64,000 bases of DNA from Candidatus Poribacteria bacterium (GTDB taxonomy: Bacteria > Poribacteria > WGA-4E > PCPOR2b): positions 5,788,581-5,852,580 of the forward strand of contig OZ244042.1 of the NCBI GenBank assembly GCA_965215015.1, given 5' to 3'. Positions 38,205-48,519 of the stretch are shown piece by piece. The stretch's first letter is position 1, and every line of letters starts with the position of its first letter. Under the pieces are notes generated by a model. That model saw only the letters and a list, made by a program, of their open reading frames with translations, was not told where the DNA came from and did not search any database. The position numbers and the translations under genes are program-made.

Positions 38205-38828
38205 ATGAACAGACTCGTTCTCACTGTTATATCCCTGCTGATAGCAGTTACCCTCGCGGGGTGTTACACGCAGATTGGTTACTATGAGCCCCGTTCTCCA
38301 ACCCGACAACCCTCCTATCATCACCAAGATGAACGCCGGCACCAAGACGAGGACGAAAAGATGGAATCCGAGCAAGAGGAACAAGGAGAAGTCGCAGCGG
38401 AAGGGGAACCATCTGAATTAGAAGATGAAGGGTACTACGGACGTCGCAAACCGAGCTACGGTTATTCTGACCGTTACTATCGATCTTACTACGACGACGA
38501 CTACTATTCCGTCTATCCATACTATGGCGGCTATCATCCCCTGTATCCTTATTACAGGTATTCCTACTATCCGTATTATTCATACTATGGACCCTACCAT
38601 TATTATGGATATCATCCTTACCGGTATCGCTACTCGAAGCGGCTCTCCAAGATTGATGATTTGCATTTTGGTAAGAGACGCTCGCAAAGCTATCGGGGGG
38701 TCAGATCCGGTCACCCGTCTTCAAGGCGTCCAGGTAGGTCATTGAGGGAGGGCGAAGAGAGTCAGGCTCCCGCGCGCAGTTCGTCTGGGTACCGGCGCGA
38801 CAGATCCCGAAGATCCGGAAGGAGGTAA
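38205..38828 (+). CDS. Tyr-rich low-complexity lipoprotein
   Basis: AAGGAAGGA RBS. Lipobox LAGC (MNRLVLTVISLLIAVTLAGC). An acidic block is followed by YYxSYYDDDYYSVYPYYGGYHPLYPYYRYSYYPYYSYYGPYHYYGYHPYRYRY, then an Arg/Ser-rich tail. Confidence 0.6.
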   Translation: MNRLVLTVISLLIAVTLAGCYTQIGYYEPRSPTRQPSYHHQDERRHQDEDEKMESEQEEQGEVAAEGEPSELEDEGYYGRRKPSYGYSDRYYRSYYDDDYYSVYPYYGGYHPLYPYYRYSYYPYYSYYGPYHYYGYHPYRYRYSKRLSKIDDLHFGKRRSQSYRGVRSGHPSSRRPGRSLREGEESQAPARSSSGYRRDRSRRSGRR

Positions 38829-38835
38829 CAATCCA

Positions 38836-40125
38836 ATGAGAAGATTGATGAGAATCACCATTGCTTTGGTGTTGATGTTCACCTGCTTTGTGCTTGGGAG
38901 CAGCGTCGGAGTTGCACAGGTGGAAGAAATTGCCATCGGTAATACCTTTGGCCTTGGCGCAAGGACCATGGGGATGGGTGGGGCGTTTCTCGCCGTCGCA
39001 GATGATTTCACGACACTGTACTGGAATCCGGCGGGGCTCGCTCAGATTAGAAAGTTTGAGCTGTTTGGCAGCTTGTCACATAGTGAGCAGGACGTAGAAA
39101 CAGAGTTCAACCGCGGGCGTGCTGCGGAAGCGGACAGATCAAAAACCCATCCCAACTCGATTGGGCTAGTCTACCCTTTATACGCAGCTCGTGGCGGATT
39201 TGCGTTCGCGCTCGGATATAATCGTCCCCAAAATTTTGATTCGGAGACTGCCGTTAAAGGATTGGATCCGTCTTCTGACTCAGTGTTTAGTGGACTGGAT
39301 GTGGATGAAACAACCGCTAACAGCGGTGGCATCGGTATCTGGAGTTTTGGGACAGGTGTCTTTATATCGAATAATATCTTGCTTGGTGCCTCAATAGACT
39401 TTTGGCACGGCTCAAGTTTCAACGAGCTAAATAGCGCGGCGGAAGACATCAATAGCATTGATGCAGAAATAGAAAGTTTTGCTTTTCACGACACCGTGGA
39501 TCGAGAATATACAGGACTCGGTGGCAGGGTAGGCATGCTTGCTTTCGCCGGGGAAAATGTGACGCTCGGTGGGACCATCACGCTGCCGGTAAACCTTGAA
39601 GTCAGCGAGGTATGGGAACAACAAACCATAGTACAACTCGACGATGGTGAAGAAATTGTGGAGGGTGATAATGGGGCTATCTTATTTGATATTGAACGCC
39701 CGTTTGAGTTTGGCGGTGGCGTTGCTATCAAGCTCTTAGAGAAACGTCTGACGCTTGCTGGTGATGTACAGTTTACAGACTGGACACAGACGGAATACGA
39801 CCCGGTGCCAGCAGAAGATGTGCCGCAGAACAACTTTGATCGATTTTATGATAGCACCATACAGGTTCGCGTCGGTGCAGAGTATCGTATCCCGGAAATC
39901 GAAACCAATGTACGTGTCGGCTACTTCCGCGATCCAATTCCGTTCCAAGATAAAGAGATAGACAACAATCGGGACTTTCTGACTATCGGGATAGGTAAGA
40001 TCTTCGACCAAATTATTAAAATTGATATTGCCTACATGCGAGGTTCATGGGAGCAATCAAACAGTTCACTGACAGAAAATCAAACCTCCAATCGGGTGTT
40101 CGTATCTGCGGGATATCGATATTAA
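38836..40125 (+). CDS. outer-membrane beta-barrel protein, FadL/OmpP1/PorV-like
   Basis: Signal peptide. The N-terminal motif GLGARTMGMGGAFLAVADDFTTLYWNPAGLAQI is typical of the FadL/UPF0164/PorV group. Alternating beta pattern and a C-terminal ...FVSAGYRY. GGAGG RBS, 7 nt after the lipoprotein stop. Confidence 0.65.
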   Translation: MRRLMRITIALVLMFTCFVLGSSVGVAQVEEIAIGNTFGLGARTMGMGGAFLAVADDFTTLYWNPAGLAQIRKFELFGSLSHSEQDVETEFNRGRAAEADRSKTHPNSIGLVYPLYAARGGFAFALGYNRPQNFDSETAVKGLDPSSDSVFSGLDVDETTANSGGIGIWSFGTGVFISNNILLGASIDFWHGSSFNELNSAAEDINSIDAEIESFAFHDTVDREYTGLGGRVGMLAFAGENVTLGGTITLPVNLEVSEVWEQQTIVQLDDGEEIVEGDNGAILFDIERPFEFGGGVAIKLLEKRLTLAGDVQFTDWTQTEYDPVPAEDVPQNNFDRFYDSTIQVRVGAEYRIPEIETNVRVGYFRDPIPFQDKEIDNNRDFLTIGIGKIFDQIIKIDIAYMRGSWEQSNSSLTENQTSNRVFVSAGYRY

Positions 40126-40147
40126 AAGTCGCTATGACGAAGGAAAA

Positions 40148-40390
40148 TTATTGACATACTCCCCAGCCTAAAGGCTTTGAATTCTTACTCATTCCCTGCG
40201 AGGCAACTGCTTTAACTTTGTCAGGTGCCGCATCAGTGCTGTCTTGCCTGCCCGGATATGTGCTGTAGATAGCATAGTATCTGCGACACCAGGCGACAAA
40301 GTGATTCCACACTTCAGCGTGTGTCTCAATCGTTTGTTGCAATTCACGGTTGCCGTGATGGCTATACATCTCGAACTTGTAGATTTTCAT
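40148..40390 (-). pseudogene. possible N-terminal remnant of an IS200/IS605-type TnpB (OrfB) gene
   Basis: MKIYKFEMYSHHGNRELQQTIETHAEVWNHFVAWCRRYY resembles the TnpB N-terminus (YKFRIYPN..Q...L......VWN). Only about 80 codons remain. The ORF-track N-terminus runs into the rplQ terminator. Confidence 0.3.
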
Positions 40391-40525
40391 CGGAGGGTCT
40401 TTCGGTCCTATAGCATGTGAGGAACACCCCAAGCGACGGTGCAGCATTCCCCCACAAAAGACAAGAAAATTATACCCCATTTTGCGATTGTTCGGTAACC
40501 GCTCGAATCTGGTCTTGAGCGAGAA

Positions 40526-40563
40526 ATAAAAAAGGCGTTGATTCTCAATCAACGCCTTTTTTC
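40526..40563 (-). terminator. rho-independent terminator after rplQ (bidirectional shape)
   Basis: GGCGTTGAT / ATCAACGCC stem (40534-40542 with 40548-40556), flanked by an A run and a T run. It lies 30 nt downstream of the rplQ stop. Confidence 0.75.
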
Positions 40564-40592
40564 TGCTTTAATGACTTTAATGAATATCCACA

Positions 40593-40946
40593 CTATTCTA
40601 CTAACTGGATATACCCCATCTGAGCGGCATCGCTACGTCTCAGCTCACCTCTGATGATACGAGTATATCCACCATTACGGTCTTGATAACGGGGGCCGAG
40701 GTCGTCAAATAATTTTTGCAGAACATCGTGGTCGTGGATGACCTTAGCGGCCTGACGGCGCGCATGTAAATCCCCTCGTTTAGCAAGCGTAATCAGTTTT
40801 TCAGCAACCCGCCTGAGTTCTTTGCACTTTGGCAGGGTTGTACGAATTTGCTCGTGCTCAAATAGTGCGGTGGCTTGATTACTAAACAATGCCTTACGGT
40901 GTCCGCTTGTTCTCCCGAGCTTCCTTCCCATTTTCCGGTGACGCAT
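40593..40946 (-). CDS. rplQ: 50S ribosomal protein L17
   Basis: [20 protein letters not shown]... is canonical L17. It is the last gene of the alpha operon. Confidence 0.95.
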   Translation of the reverse strand: MRHRKMGRKLGRTSGHRKALFSNQATALFEHEQIRTTLPKCKELRRVAEKLITLAKRGDLHARRQAAKVIHDHDVLQKLFDDLGPRYQDRNGGYTRIIRGELRRSDAAQMGYIQLVE

Positions 40947-40977
40947 GATTTTTCATCCTCATTGTATTTTAGGCAAC

Positions 40978-41964
40978 TCAATTATCGTTGCCAAGGGTCA
41001 TCCCTAAAGAAAGTCCCATGCCCGAAAGAATATCCTTAATCTCGTTCAGGGATTTTCTGCCGAAGTTACGAAATTTCAACATCTCTTGTTCGGTCTTGAC
41101 CACGAGGTCTCGGATGGTTGTAATCTTCGCAGCTTCCAGACAATTGGCAGATCGCACCGAAAGTTCGAGTTCTGCAACAGGCTTCGATAGCCACTGCTCA
41201 CGCTGGAGTTCTTCCTCATCAATTTCCTCAACCGGTTCCACATAGGTTTCATCGAAATCGCTAAATAGCTTGAGTTGATCTAACAGAATATCCGAGGCTT
41301 GTGTAATTGCTTCTTTCGCTGTGATGCTTGCATCCGTCCATACTTCTAGGATAAGCCGGTCATAGTTCGTCATGTGTCCAACCCGTGTTTCTTCAACAAC
41401 GAAATTGACTTTTCTGACCGGTGAAAACTTGGAATCGACCTGGATAACTCCAATCTGTTGATTGTGAGTTAGATGTTCTTCCCCGAACTCATATCCTCTG
41501 CCTCGGCAGACTTGTATGTTCATATCCAGACCATCGCACTTATCAAGTGTTGCAATATGCTGGTCTGGGTTGATGATGTCAACCTGACCGTTCGGCTGAA
41601 TATCAGCTGCGGTAACGTTACCAGAACCCTCTGCGGATAAAACCAAGGTGACAATCTCATCGGTGTAAACGCGGAATCGAATCTCTTTGAGGTTAAGGAG
41701 AACTTGGGTAATATCCTCTTTCAGGCCGTCAAGCGTTGAAAACTCATGCTTCACTCCATCGATTGCAACGGAAATAACAGCGGCACCTTGAATTGAAGAA
41801 AGCAAGATGCGTCGGAGCGAGTTACCAATAGTCATCCCAAATCCTCGCTCAAGCGGTTCAGCGATAAATTTCCCATAATCAGGCTGCAAGTTATCAAAGT
41901 CCGCAACGAGGCGTTTTGGCTTGGTGATTTCCCGCGTCGGTGTGGCGATTTCCCTCCCTGTCAT
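40978..41964 (-). CDS. rpoA: DNA-directed RNA polymerase subunit alpha
   Basis: [28 protein letters not shown] and the C-terminal domain [23 protein letters not shown]. Confidence 0.95.
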   Translation of the reverse strand: MTGREIATPTREITKPKRLVADFDNLQPDYGKFIAEPLERGFGMTIGNSLRRILLSSIQGAAVISVAIDGVKHEFSTLDGLKEDITQVLLNLKEIRFRVYTDEIVTLVLSAEGSGNVTAADIQPNGQVDIINPDQHIATLDKCDGLDMNIQVCRGRGYEFGEEHLTHNQQIGVIQVDSKFSPVRKVNFVVEETRVGHMTNYDRLILEVWTDASITAKEAITQASDILLDQLKLFSDFDETYVEPVEEIDEEELQREQWLSKPVAELELSVRSANCLEAAKITTIRDLVVKTEQEMLKFRNFGRKSLNEIKDILSGMGLSLGMTLGNDN

Positions 41965-41992
41965 CTATCTCATCCTCCTACAAGTGGCTGCA

Positions 41993-42619
41993 TTATTTGG
42001 AGTAAAGTTCAACGATTAACTGTGTTTGGAGGTCTGTGGCTAGTTGCTCAACGTTTGGAAACGTCCTAACAACTCCCTCTTGTTTATCGATATCCAACTC
42101 AAGCCAATCTGGTGTACCCCTGTGTTGAGAACGTTCTAATGCTTCTTGAATAACTGCCACGTTGCGACTTTTCTCTCGAGTTTGAATGACATCACCAGGT
42201 TGTATCAGGTAAGAGGGAATATTGACTCTTTTTCCGTTCACAAGGAAATGGTTATGTGTGACGAGTTGTCGAGCCTGCAAGCGTGAATTGGCAAAACCTA
42301 AGCGGTAAACCGCATTGTCCAACCGACACTCCAGTAATGTTAGCAAATTCTCTCTTACAACGCCTTTCTGATGCGCGGCTTTTGTATAGTAATTTTTAAA
42401 TGGTTTTTCCAAAATACTATAAATCCGCTTCGATTTCTGTTTAGTGCGCAATTGGTGTCCGTAATCTTTGACCTTGGGTAGTTTCTGACCATGTTGACCG
42501 GGCGGATAACTACGACGCTCAAATGAACACTTCGGGGAATCGCAGCGTTGCCCCTTCAAAAAGAGTTTTTCACCCTCTCTTCGGCACAGCTTACATACAG
42601 AACCTAAATATTTACTCAT
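41993..42619 (-). CDS. rpsD: 30S ribosomal protein S4
   Basis: [26 protein letters not shown]... is canonical S4. Confidence 0.95.
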   Translation of the reverse strand: MSKYLGSVCKLCRREGEKLFLKGQRCDSPKCSFERRSYPPGQHGQKLPKVKDYGHQLRTKQKSKRIYSILEKPFKNYYTKAAHQKGVVRENLLTLLECRLDNAVYRLGFANSRLQARQLVTHNHFLVNGKRVNIPSYLIQPGDVIQTREKSRNVAVIQEALERSQHRGTPDWLELDIDKQEGVVRTFPNVEQLATDLQTQLIVELYSK

Positions 42620-42677
42620 ACTTTTCTGGTTAAATTTGGACCATTTCCCCCTTTCTTAAAACCCCGATTTTCAAATA

Positions 42678-43070
42678 TTAGACACGACGCCGTTTAGGTG
42701 GTCGACAGCCATTATGAGGAATTGGAGTAACGTCTTTCATTGAAGTAATTTCTAGCCCAGCTGCTGACAGAGACCGAATTGCGGACTCTCTGCCGGACCC
42801 CGGTCCTTTGACCCGTACCTCAACGCGTTTCATACCGTGTTCCATTGCCTTCCTAGCACAAGCTTCGGCTGTCTGTTGGGCTGCAAATGGCGTGGATTTC
42901 CGAGAACCTCGAAAGTTTGTCCCTGCACTTGCCCACGCAATCGCATTCCCGTTGAGATCGGTAATGGTTATAATTGTATTGTTAAAGGTTGCTTGGACGT
43001 GAGCAATTCCTTCAGAGACATTCTTTCGTTCTCTCCTCCGTGGACGACTAGAGGAACTTGAATCTCGCAA
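42678..43070 (-). CDS. rpsK: 30S ribosomal protein S11
   Basis: [18 protein letters not shown]... The TTG start at 43070 follows AAGGAGA by 7 nt. The ORF-track GTG at 43100 is less likely. Confidence 0.9.
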   Translation of the reverse strand: MRDSSSSSRPRRRERKNVSEGIAHVQATFNNTIITITDLNGNAIAWASAGTNFRGSRKSTPFAAQQTAEACARKAMEHGMKRVEVRVKGPGSGRESAIRSLSAAGLEITSMKDVTPIPHNGCRPPKRRRV

Positions 43071-43108
43071 AATGAATCTCCTTTCTGACGCGTAATTCAC
43101 AAACGGTA

Positions 43109-43504
43109 TTAACCACCCTTACGCGCAGCTTCTTTTGCTTTTCTGCCGACCGAGATGGTTTTTGCTTTTCCTTTGCGTGTCCGTGCATTCGTGCTCGTCC
43201 GCTGTCCTCGGGCGGGTAATTGCCGCCGATGGCGTAATCCACGATAACTATTGATATCCATCAACCGTTTGATATTCAACTCGATTTCGCGTCGTAAGTC
43301 TCCTTCGACCTTGTAATCTTGGTTAATCGTTTCTCTTAATCGGCTGATTTCAGACTCATCAAGATCTTGGGACTTTTTGGCGGGATCGATTTGTAAATCC
43401 TCGACCATTTTTGAAGCGGTATGGTGCCCAATCCCATAAATATAGGTTAAGGCAATGTCGATTCTTTTCGTTCGGGGTAGATCAACACCAGCAATTCTTG
43501 CCAT
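43109..43504 (-). CDS. rpsM: 30S ribosomal protein S13
   Basis: [26 protein letters not shown] is canonical. Confidence 0.95.
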   Translation of the reverse strand: MARIAGVDLPRTKRIDIALTYIYGIGHHTASKMVEDLQIDPAKKSQDLDESEISRLRETINQDYKVEGDLRREIELNIKRLMDINSYRGLRHRRQLPARGQRTSTNARTRKGKAKTISVGRKAKEAARKGG

Positions 43505-43536
43505 GCTTTTTCCTCCTTACACGCTAGATAAAGTGT

Positions 43537-43653
43537 TCAACCCTGTCTTTGCTTATGCTTTGGATCTGCAGGGCAGATCACACGAATAACACCTTTTCTT
43601 TTAATTATTTTACACTGATTGCACATTTTCTTTACTGAGGAACGGACTTTCAT
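43537..43653 (-). CDS. rpmJ: 50S ribosomal protein L36 (zinc type)
   Basis: Translated by hand from the minus strand: [38 protein letters not shown]. It is below the ORF-track length cutoff. Confidence 0.9.
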   Translation of the reverse strand: MKVRSSVKKMCNQCKIIKRKGVIRVICPADPKHKQRQG

Positions 43654-43689
43654 GATTTCTCCTGTACTGGAAAATGAACCCTATTGGAT

Positions 43690-45036
43690 TTATCGGGAGC
43701 GCCGTCCTCTCACACGCCTGTCCTTCAGAAATCCTTCGTAATGTCTCATCGTCAAATAGGATTCAATTTGTGACACTGTATCTAATACGACTCCCACAAC
43801 GATTAGGATTGAAGCACCACTGATTAATGCGCCAGTACCCAACCATCCTTGCAGGAGTAAAGGGAAGACCGCAATTGCGGCTAGAAATACCGCACCGGGT
43901 AAAGTAATTCGGGTTAAGGTATCGTTAATATAGTCTGCGGTCTTTTTCCCCGGGCGAATGCCCGGAATAAATCCACCATACTTCCTTAAGTCATCTGCCA
44001 TTTGGACAGGATTAATCTGAACGGCGGTGTAGAAGTATGTAAAACCGATAATAAGAAGAGCATAAATCACCCAATATAAAGGGCTACTTGCGCTGAAAAC
44101 TGCCGCTAGCCCCCCAATCCATGCCCATGAGGGAAATTGACTTTGCAAAAACCCTAAAACTGTTGACGGAAATTGTATTAGGGTAACGGCGAAAATAATG
44201 GGAATCATACCAGCCGCATTAACACGCAGCGGGATATGCGTTGCTTGCCCACCCATTACCTTACGTCCTACGACTCGCCGGGCATATTGGACAGGGATTT
44301 TGCGAACACAAAAGGTAATGTACACAGTTCCCATAATCGCTATAACTCCCAAAGCGACGAAGATAACCAGTTTCGGCAGATCAATTTGACGATTAAGAAG
44401 TTGGTTGAATATTGTTTGGATTCCGCCCGGCATACCCGATAGGATACCGATCGTGATAATTAGAGAAATACCATTTCCAATGCCACGTTCTGTTATTTGT
44501 TCGCCGAGCCACATGACGAAAGACGTTCCAGACATCAAGGTAATCATGGTTAGCAAAGTCCACCAAATACCCGGATTCGTCACGATTTCAATGCTTTCAC
44601 TACTAATAACACTTCCAGGCCTTTGCAACACAAAGCTAATCATGATGCCTTGGATAGCACTCAATATAACAGTGGCATAGCGTGTATATTGGGTAATTTT
44701 TTTCCGGCCGTCCGGTTCTTTGGAAAGCTTTTCAAGGAAGGGGATAACAACGGTTAGGAGCTGCATGACAATTGACGCACTGATATAGGGTTGGATACCG
44801 AGTGCAAAGATTGTCATCTGCTTGAATGCACCGCCTGAGAAGATATCTACGAAGTCAAGGACACTTCCACCAGTGCGGCCTCTTAAGCCATCGAAAAACT
44901 TTTCCAATTCAATATCATCAATGCCGGGGAGTGTAATATGGGCACCCAAGCGATAGACAATTAACAGCAGTGCTGTAAAAATGATTCGTTGCCGCAGTTC
45001 TGGAATTTTGAAAGCGTTTTGGAATGCCTTAATCAC
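43690..45036 (-). CDS. secY: preprotein translocase subunit SecY
   Basis: 448-aa polytopic protein with PELRQRIIFTALLLIVYRLGAHITLPGID and the conserved position after rplO. Confidence 0.95.
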   Translation of the reverse strand: MIKAFQNAFKIPELRQRIIFTALLLIVYRLGAHITLPGIDDIELEKFFDGLRGRTGGSVLDFVDIFSGGAFKQMTIFALGIQPYISASIVMQLLTVVIPFLEKLSKEPDGRKKITQYTRYATVILSAIQGIMISFVLQRPGSVISSESIEIVTNPGIWWTLLTMITLMSGTSFVMWLGEQITERGIGNGISLIITIGILSGMPGGIQTIFNQLLNRQIDLPKLVIFVALGVIAIMGTVYITFCVRKIPVQYARRVVGRKVMGGQATHIPLRVNAAGMIPIIFAVTLIQFPSTVLGFLQSQFPSWAWIGGLAAVFSASSPLYWVIYALLIIGFTYFYTAVQINPVQMADDLRKYGGFIPGIRPGKKTADYINDTLTRITLPGAVFLAAIAVFPLLLQGWLGTGALISGASILIVVGVVLDTVSQIESYLTMRHYEGFLKDRRVRGRRSR

Positions 45037-45489
45037 TTAAATCACCTCAATGCTACCGCCGGTGGATTCTATCTTTTCAACAGCAGACTTTGAGAATCGG
45101 TGTCCCTGTACCGTTAATTGCTTTTCGAGATTACCTTCTCCAAGAATTTTGATTTTTCCGCTTTTCTTTTTCGTAATTCCAGCTTCCCACAAAATCTCAG
45201 GGGTAATCGTTATTCCATTATCAAAATGATTGAGTGTCCGGATGTTGACAATTTCATACTCAATCCGTTTATGTGCAGTCCTTCTCGGACCACGCTTAGG
45301 CAAGCGTCTCACTAGGGGCATTTGGCCCCCTTCAAACCAAGCGGGAATGGAGACACCAGCCCGGGATTTCTGCCCTTTGTGACCACGACCACAGGTTTTA
45401 CCCCACCCGGAACTTTCGCCACGCCCAACTCGCTTCCGAGTGCGCGTTGAGTTTTCTGCAGGCTTGAGTTCGTTTAGTTTCATCAGCAT
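45037..45489 (-). CDS. rplO: 50S ribosomal protein L15
   Basis: RVGRGESSGWGKTCGRGHKGQKSR motif. Confidence 0.9.
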   Translation of the reverse strand: MLMKLNELKPAENSTRTRKRVGRGESSGWGKTCGRGHKGQKSRAGVSIPAWFEGGQMPLVRRLPKRGPRRTAHKRIEYEIVNIRTLNHFDNGITITPEILWEAGITKKKSGKIKILGEGNLEKQLTVQGHRFSKSAVEKIESTGGSIEVI

Positions 45490-45601
45490 TCACTCCGTTT
45501 TATGGATTAGTAATTACGCTTAAAAGTCCTTGTTTTTTTTAGAGGGTAACCTTTCCGAACAAATTAGGAGCACACCCTATCGGGGTTCTGAGAAAGGAAC
45601 G

Positions 45602-46105
45602 TTAGTCGAGTAATTCCTCAACCGTTTTGCCGCGCAAACGAGCCACATCGTTAATGTCTTTTAGACTTTTCAGGGCTTGCATGGTAGCTTCTGCCGTATT
45701 TTTTACGTTTCGAGAACCGAGCCGTTTGGTCAATACATCTTGCACACCGGCAAACTCCAAAATGACCCTCGTTCCAGGGCCAGCAATAATCCCTGTGCCG
45801 GGACCGGCTGGCTTGAGTAGAATCTTTGCACCCCCATATTTCCCGATAATTTCATGAGGGATGGTATTTCCTGATAAAGGCACGCGAATCAAGTTTTTTT
45901 TCGCATCAGCAATGCTTTTACCTATGGCTGATGGAATTTCGTTGGCACTCCCAAAACCAAGTCCGACCACCCCCGACTGGTCCCCCACGACGGAAAGCGC
46001 ATTAAAGCTGGGTGTTCGTCCGCCTTTACGAACGCGCATGACACGATTGATGTCAATTGGGCGTTCCTCAAATTCAAATTCATTCGGGTCTATTCTTTCC
46101 CTCAA
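45602..46105 (-). CDS. rpsE: 30S ribosomal protein S5
   Basis: VMRVRKGGRTPSFNALSVVGD...GVVGLGFG and IIAGPGTRVILEFAGVQDVLTK. Confidence 0.95.
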   Translation of the reverse strand: MRERIDPNEFEFEERPIDINRVMRVRKGGRTPSFNALSVVGDQSGVVGLGFGSANEIPSAIGKSIADAKKNLIRVPLSGNTIPHEIIGKYGGAKILLKPAGPGTGIIAGPGTRVILEFAGVQDVLTKRLGSRNVKNTAEATMQALKSLKDINDVARLRGKTVEELLD

Positions 46106-46177
46106 AAGCGACTCTCCTTCATTATCAAGTGTCGATTCATTTTGCGAACACGCTTACGGCGCACTCTCTTACGATTT

Positions 46178-46546
46178 TCAGAACCGGAGTCCCTCTTCTC
46201 TTGCAGCTTCTGCCAGGGCTTTAATTCTTCCATGATAGAGGTTTCCGCCGCGGTCAAAGACGACTGATTCAATTTGATGCTCTTTTGCTCGGCGAGCGAT
46301 TAATGTGCCCACCTGTTTCGCTGCACCGATGTTGCCTTGTGTTGACAGGTTGTCTTTCAACTCTGGGGATAGGGTTGAGGCTGCAGTGAGTGTATTGCTG
46401 GCTTCATCATCAATAATTTGTGCGTAAATGTGCTTCAAACTTCTAAAAACCGAAAGCCTTGGTCTTTGCCTAGTACCGATTATTTTTTGTCGCACTCGCT
46501 GCTTTCGCTTATGTCTCGCAATATATTTTTTCTTAGACCGATCCAA
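46178..46546 (-). CDS. rplR: 50S ribosomal protein L18
   Basis: [34 protein letters not shown] and the C-terminal [27 protein letters not shown] start after GGAGG. Confidence 0.95.
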   Translation of the reverse strand: MDRSKKKYIARHKRKQRVRQKIIGTRQRPRLSVFRSLKHIYAQIIDDEASNTLTAASTLSPELKDNLSTQGNIGAAKQVGTLIARRAKEHQIESVVFDRGGNLYHGRIKALAEAAREEGLRF

Positions 46547-46659
46547 CGATTATCCCTCCGATAATAAGAAAAAGGATTGACAAATCCGGCTACGATAATT
46601 TTGGCTGACCGACTTGTAAATCCTTTACTCTACAAAAATATACCCATTAAATCACTGCC

Positions 46660-47226
46660 CTACACCCCAGTTTTACCTTCCTTCATGCGGACGCGCTCCC
46701 CTTCGTAACGGAGGCCCTTGGAAGGTTCATAGACTTCGGGTTTCTTAATCTGACGAATTGAAGCAGCCACTTGGCCGACAAGTGCCTTATCAATACCATT
46801 CACCGTTATTGGTATATGAGGTTGGCCTCCCACAGTTTCGGGAGCACCAACACTCAAGGTGATACCGTCAGGTGGATCGTAGGTTACAGGATGAGAATAT
46901 CCGACATTTAAGACCAAACGTTTTTGGCGGTCTATTTCCGCACGATATCCGATGCCAACGAGGAGGAGTTTTTTTTCAAAACCTTCAATCACACCCGTTA
47001 CCATATTGGCGATAAGGCTTCGGGTCAGTCCGTGCAAAGATCTGTGCGCCTTCTGATTCGTCAATCTTTTAATTATGATTAATCCGTCCGCTAAGTTGAC
47101 CGCTATGCCTTCAGGAATTGTCCAATTAAGACTGCCCTTGGGACCTTCAACAGTAATGTCTTTTTGGTCCAAGGCAACCTTAACTTTTGAATCCATCTGA
47201 ATCGGCATTTGTCCTATTCGTGACAT
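46660..47226 (-). CDS. rplF: 50S ribosomal protein L6
   Basis: MSRIGQMPIQMDSKVKV... is the canonical start. The ORF-track start at 47247 adds 7 residues. Confidence 0.9.
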   Translation of the reverse strand: MSRIGQMPIQMDSKVKVALDQKDITVEGPKGSLNWTIPEGIAVNLADGLIIIKRLTNQKAHRSLHGLTRSLIANMVTGVIEGFEKKLLLVGIGYRAEIDRQKRLVLNVGYSHPVTYDPPDGITLSVGAPETVGGQPHIPITVNGIDKALVGQVAASIRQIKKPEVYEPSKGLRYEGERVRMKEGKTGV

Positions 47227-47255
47227 TGTGTTCGTCTCCGAATTCAAACTGAGAA

Positions 47256-47654
47256 TTACCAGATATGACAGAGGACCTCACCACCAATGCCGGATTTCCT
47301 GCATTCGGAGGCTGTCTTAACACCTTGGGAGGTCGACAATATAGCAATTCCTAAATTTCCGTACACATTGGGCAGCCGGTCCGCTTTCACGTATACACGC
47401 CGCCCCGGTTTGCTAATTCTCTTGAGTCCTGTAATAACTTTTTCTTTCGATTCGCCATACTTGAGATAGATGCGCAAGATACCTTGTTTACCATCATCAA
47501 TCCAACGATAGTTGCGGATGTACCCTTCCTCATGTAAGGTGCGAGTAATCTCCATTTTGAGATTTGATGCGGGTATTTCAACGCGCTCATGTCCAACCAT
47601 ATTCGCGTTGCGAACGCGGGTCAACATATCCGCAACCGGATCTGTCATTGACAT
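47256..47654 (-). CDS. rpsH: 30S ribosomal protein S8
   Basis: [17 protein letters not shown] is canonical. Confidence 0.95.
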   Translation of the reverse strand: MSMTDPVADMLTRVRNANMVGHERVEIPASNLKMEITRTLHEEGYIRNYRWIDDGKQGILRIYLKYGESKEKVITGLKRISKPGRRVYVKADRLPNVYGNLGIAILSTSQGVKTASECRKSGIGGEVLCHIW

Positions 47655-47690
47655 AAGTTTTCTCCTTTACCAGTCCCGATAAATGGGGTA

Positions 47691-47876
47691 CTACCAACTT
47701 GCCTTTGTGACTCCCGGAATTTTACCGGATCTTGCGAAGAGGCGAAAACAGATTCGGCAAAGATCAAACTTTCGCAGATAACTGCGGGAGCGCCCACAGT
47801 GACGACAACGATTGTATTTTCGAACCCGGAACTTTGGGGTTCTTTTCTGTTTGGCAATGAGAGCTTTTGTTGCCAA
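47691..47876 (-). CDS. rpsN: 30S ribosomal protein S14 type Z (zinc-binding, 61 aa)
   Basis: [40 protein letters not shown]...IPGVTKASW. The TTG start follows AAGGAG by 7 nt. Confidence 0.9.
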   Translation of the reverse strand: MATKALIAKQKRTPKFRVRKYNRCRHCGRSRSYLRKFDLCRICFRLFARSGKIPGVTKASW

Positions 47877-47923
47877 ATAAAGGCTCCTTTCATTCACTGC
47901 TATCAAGGGGCAGTGTGCGCGTG

Positions 47924-48466
47924 TTACAATTCTCGAAACGGCATTCCCATCAGGTGTAATAACTCGCGTCCTTCTTCATCGGTTGGGGCTGTTGTTCCAA
48001 TAGTGATATTCAATCCGCGCACCTCACTTATGGTGTCGTATTCAATCTCTGGAAAAATGACTTGTTCTTGAATGCCCAAGGAGTAGTTGCCACGCCCGTC
48101 AAAGGAATCCGGCGAGAGACCACGAAAATCGCGAATTTGTGGAAGAACAACGTTGACAAGTTTATTAAAAAATTCATACATCCCATCCCGCCGCAGGGTC
48201 GTTTTACAACCGATAGCCATACCTGTGCGGACCTTAAATGCTGACACAGATTTCTTGGCGCGGGTAATAACTGCGCGCTGACCACCTATTTGTGTCAGTT
48301 CTTCGACAGCATTATCCAAGAGTTTTGAATCTTGTATAGCAGCACCAACCCCCATATTTAGAGTTATCTTGTCAAGTTTTGGCACTTGCATAACGTTTGG
48401 ATATTTGAAACGCTGTTGCAACGCAGGGAAGACCTCTTCTTGATAAAAAGATTTAAATATACTCAT
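47924..48466 (-). CDS. rplE: 50S ribosomal protein L5
   Basis: [18 protein letters not shown] and [28 protein letters not shown]. Confidence 0.95.
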   Translation of the reverse strand: MSIFKSFYQEEVFPALQQRFKYPNVMQVPKLDKITLNMGVGAAIQDSKLLDNAVEELTQIGGQRAVITRAKKSVSAFKVRTGMAIGCKTTLRRDGMYEFFNKLVNVVLPQIRDFRGLSPDSFDGRGNYSLGIQEQVIFPEIEYDTISEVRGLNITIGTTAPTDEEGRELLHLMGMPFREL

Positions 48467-48519
48467 TAATCTTTACCTTATAGATTGCGAAACTCCATCG
48501 AGAAAGTCATTATGCCCAC

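Noticed and set aside
38248-38745. Alternative-frame ORFs inside the Tyr-rich gene (38248-38583 minus, 38425-38745 plus)
   Set aside because: They are low-complexity shadow frames. Only the 38205 frame has an RBS, a lipoprotein signal and coupling to the downstream barrel gene.
45490-45601. Hidden rpmD (L30) between rpsE and rplO
   Set aside because: The gap is 112 nt and has no suitable start/stop frame. L30 needs about 180 nt.
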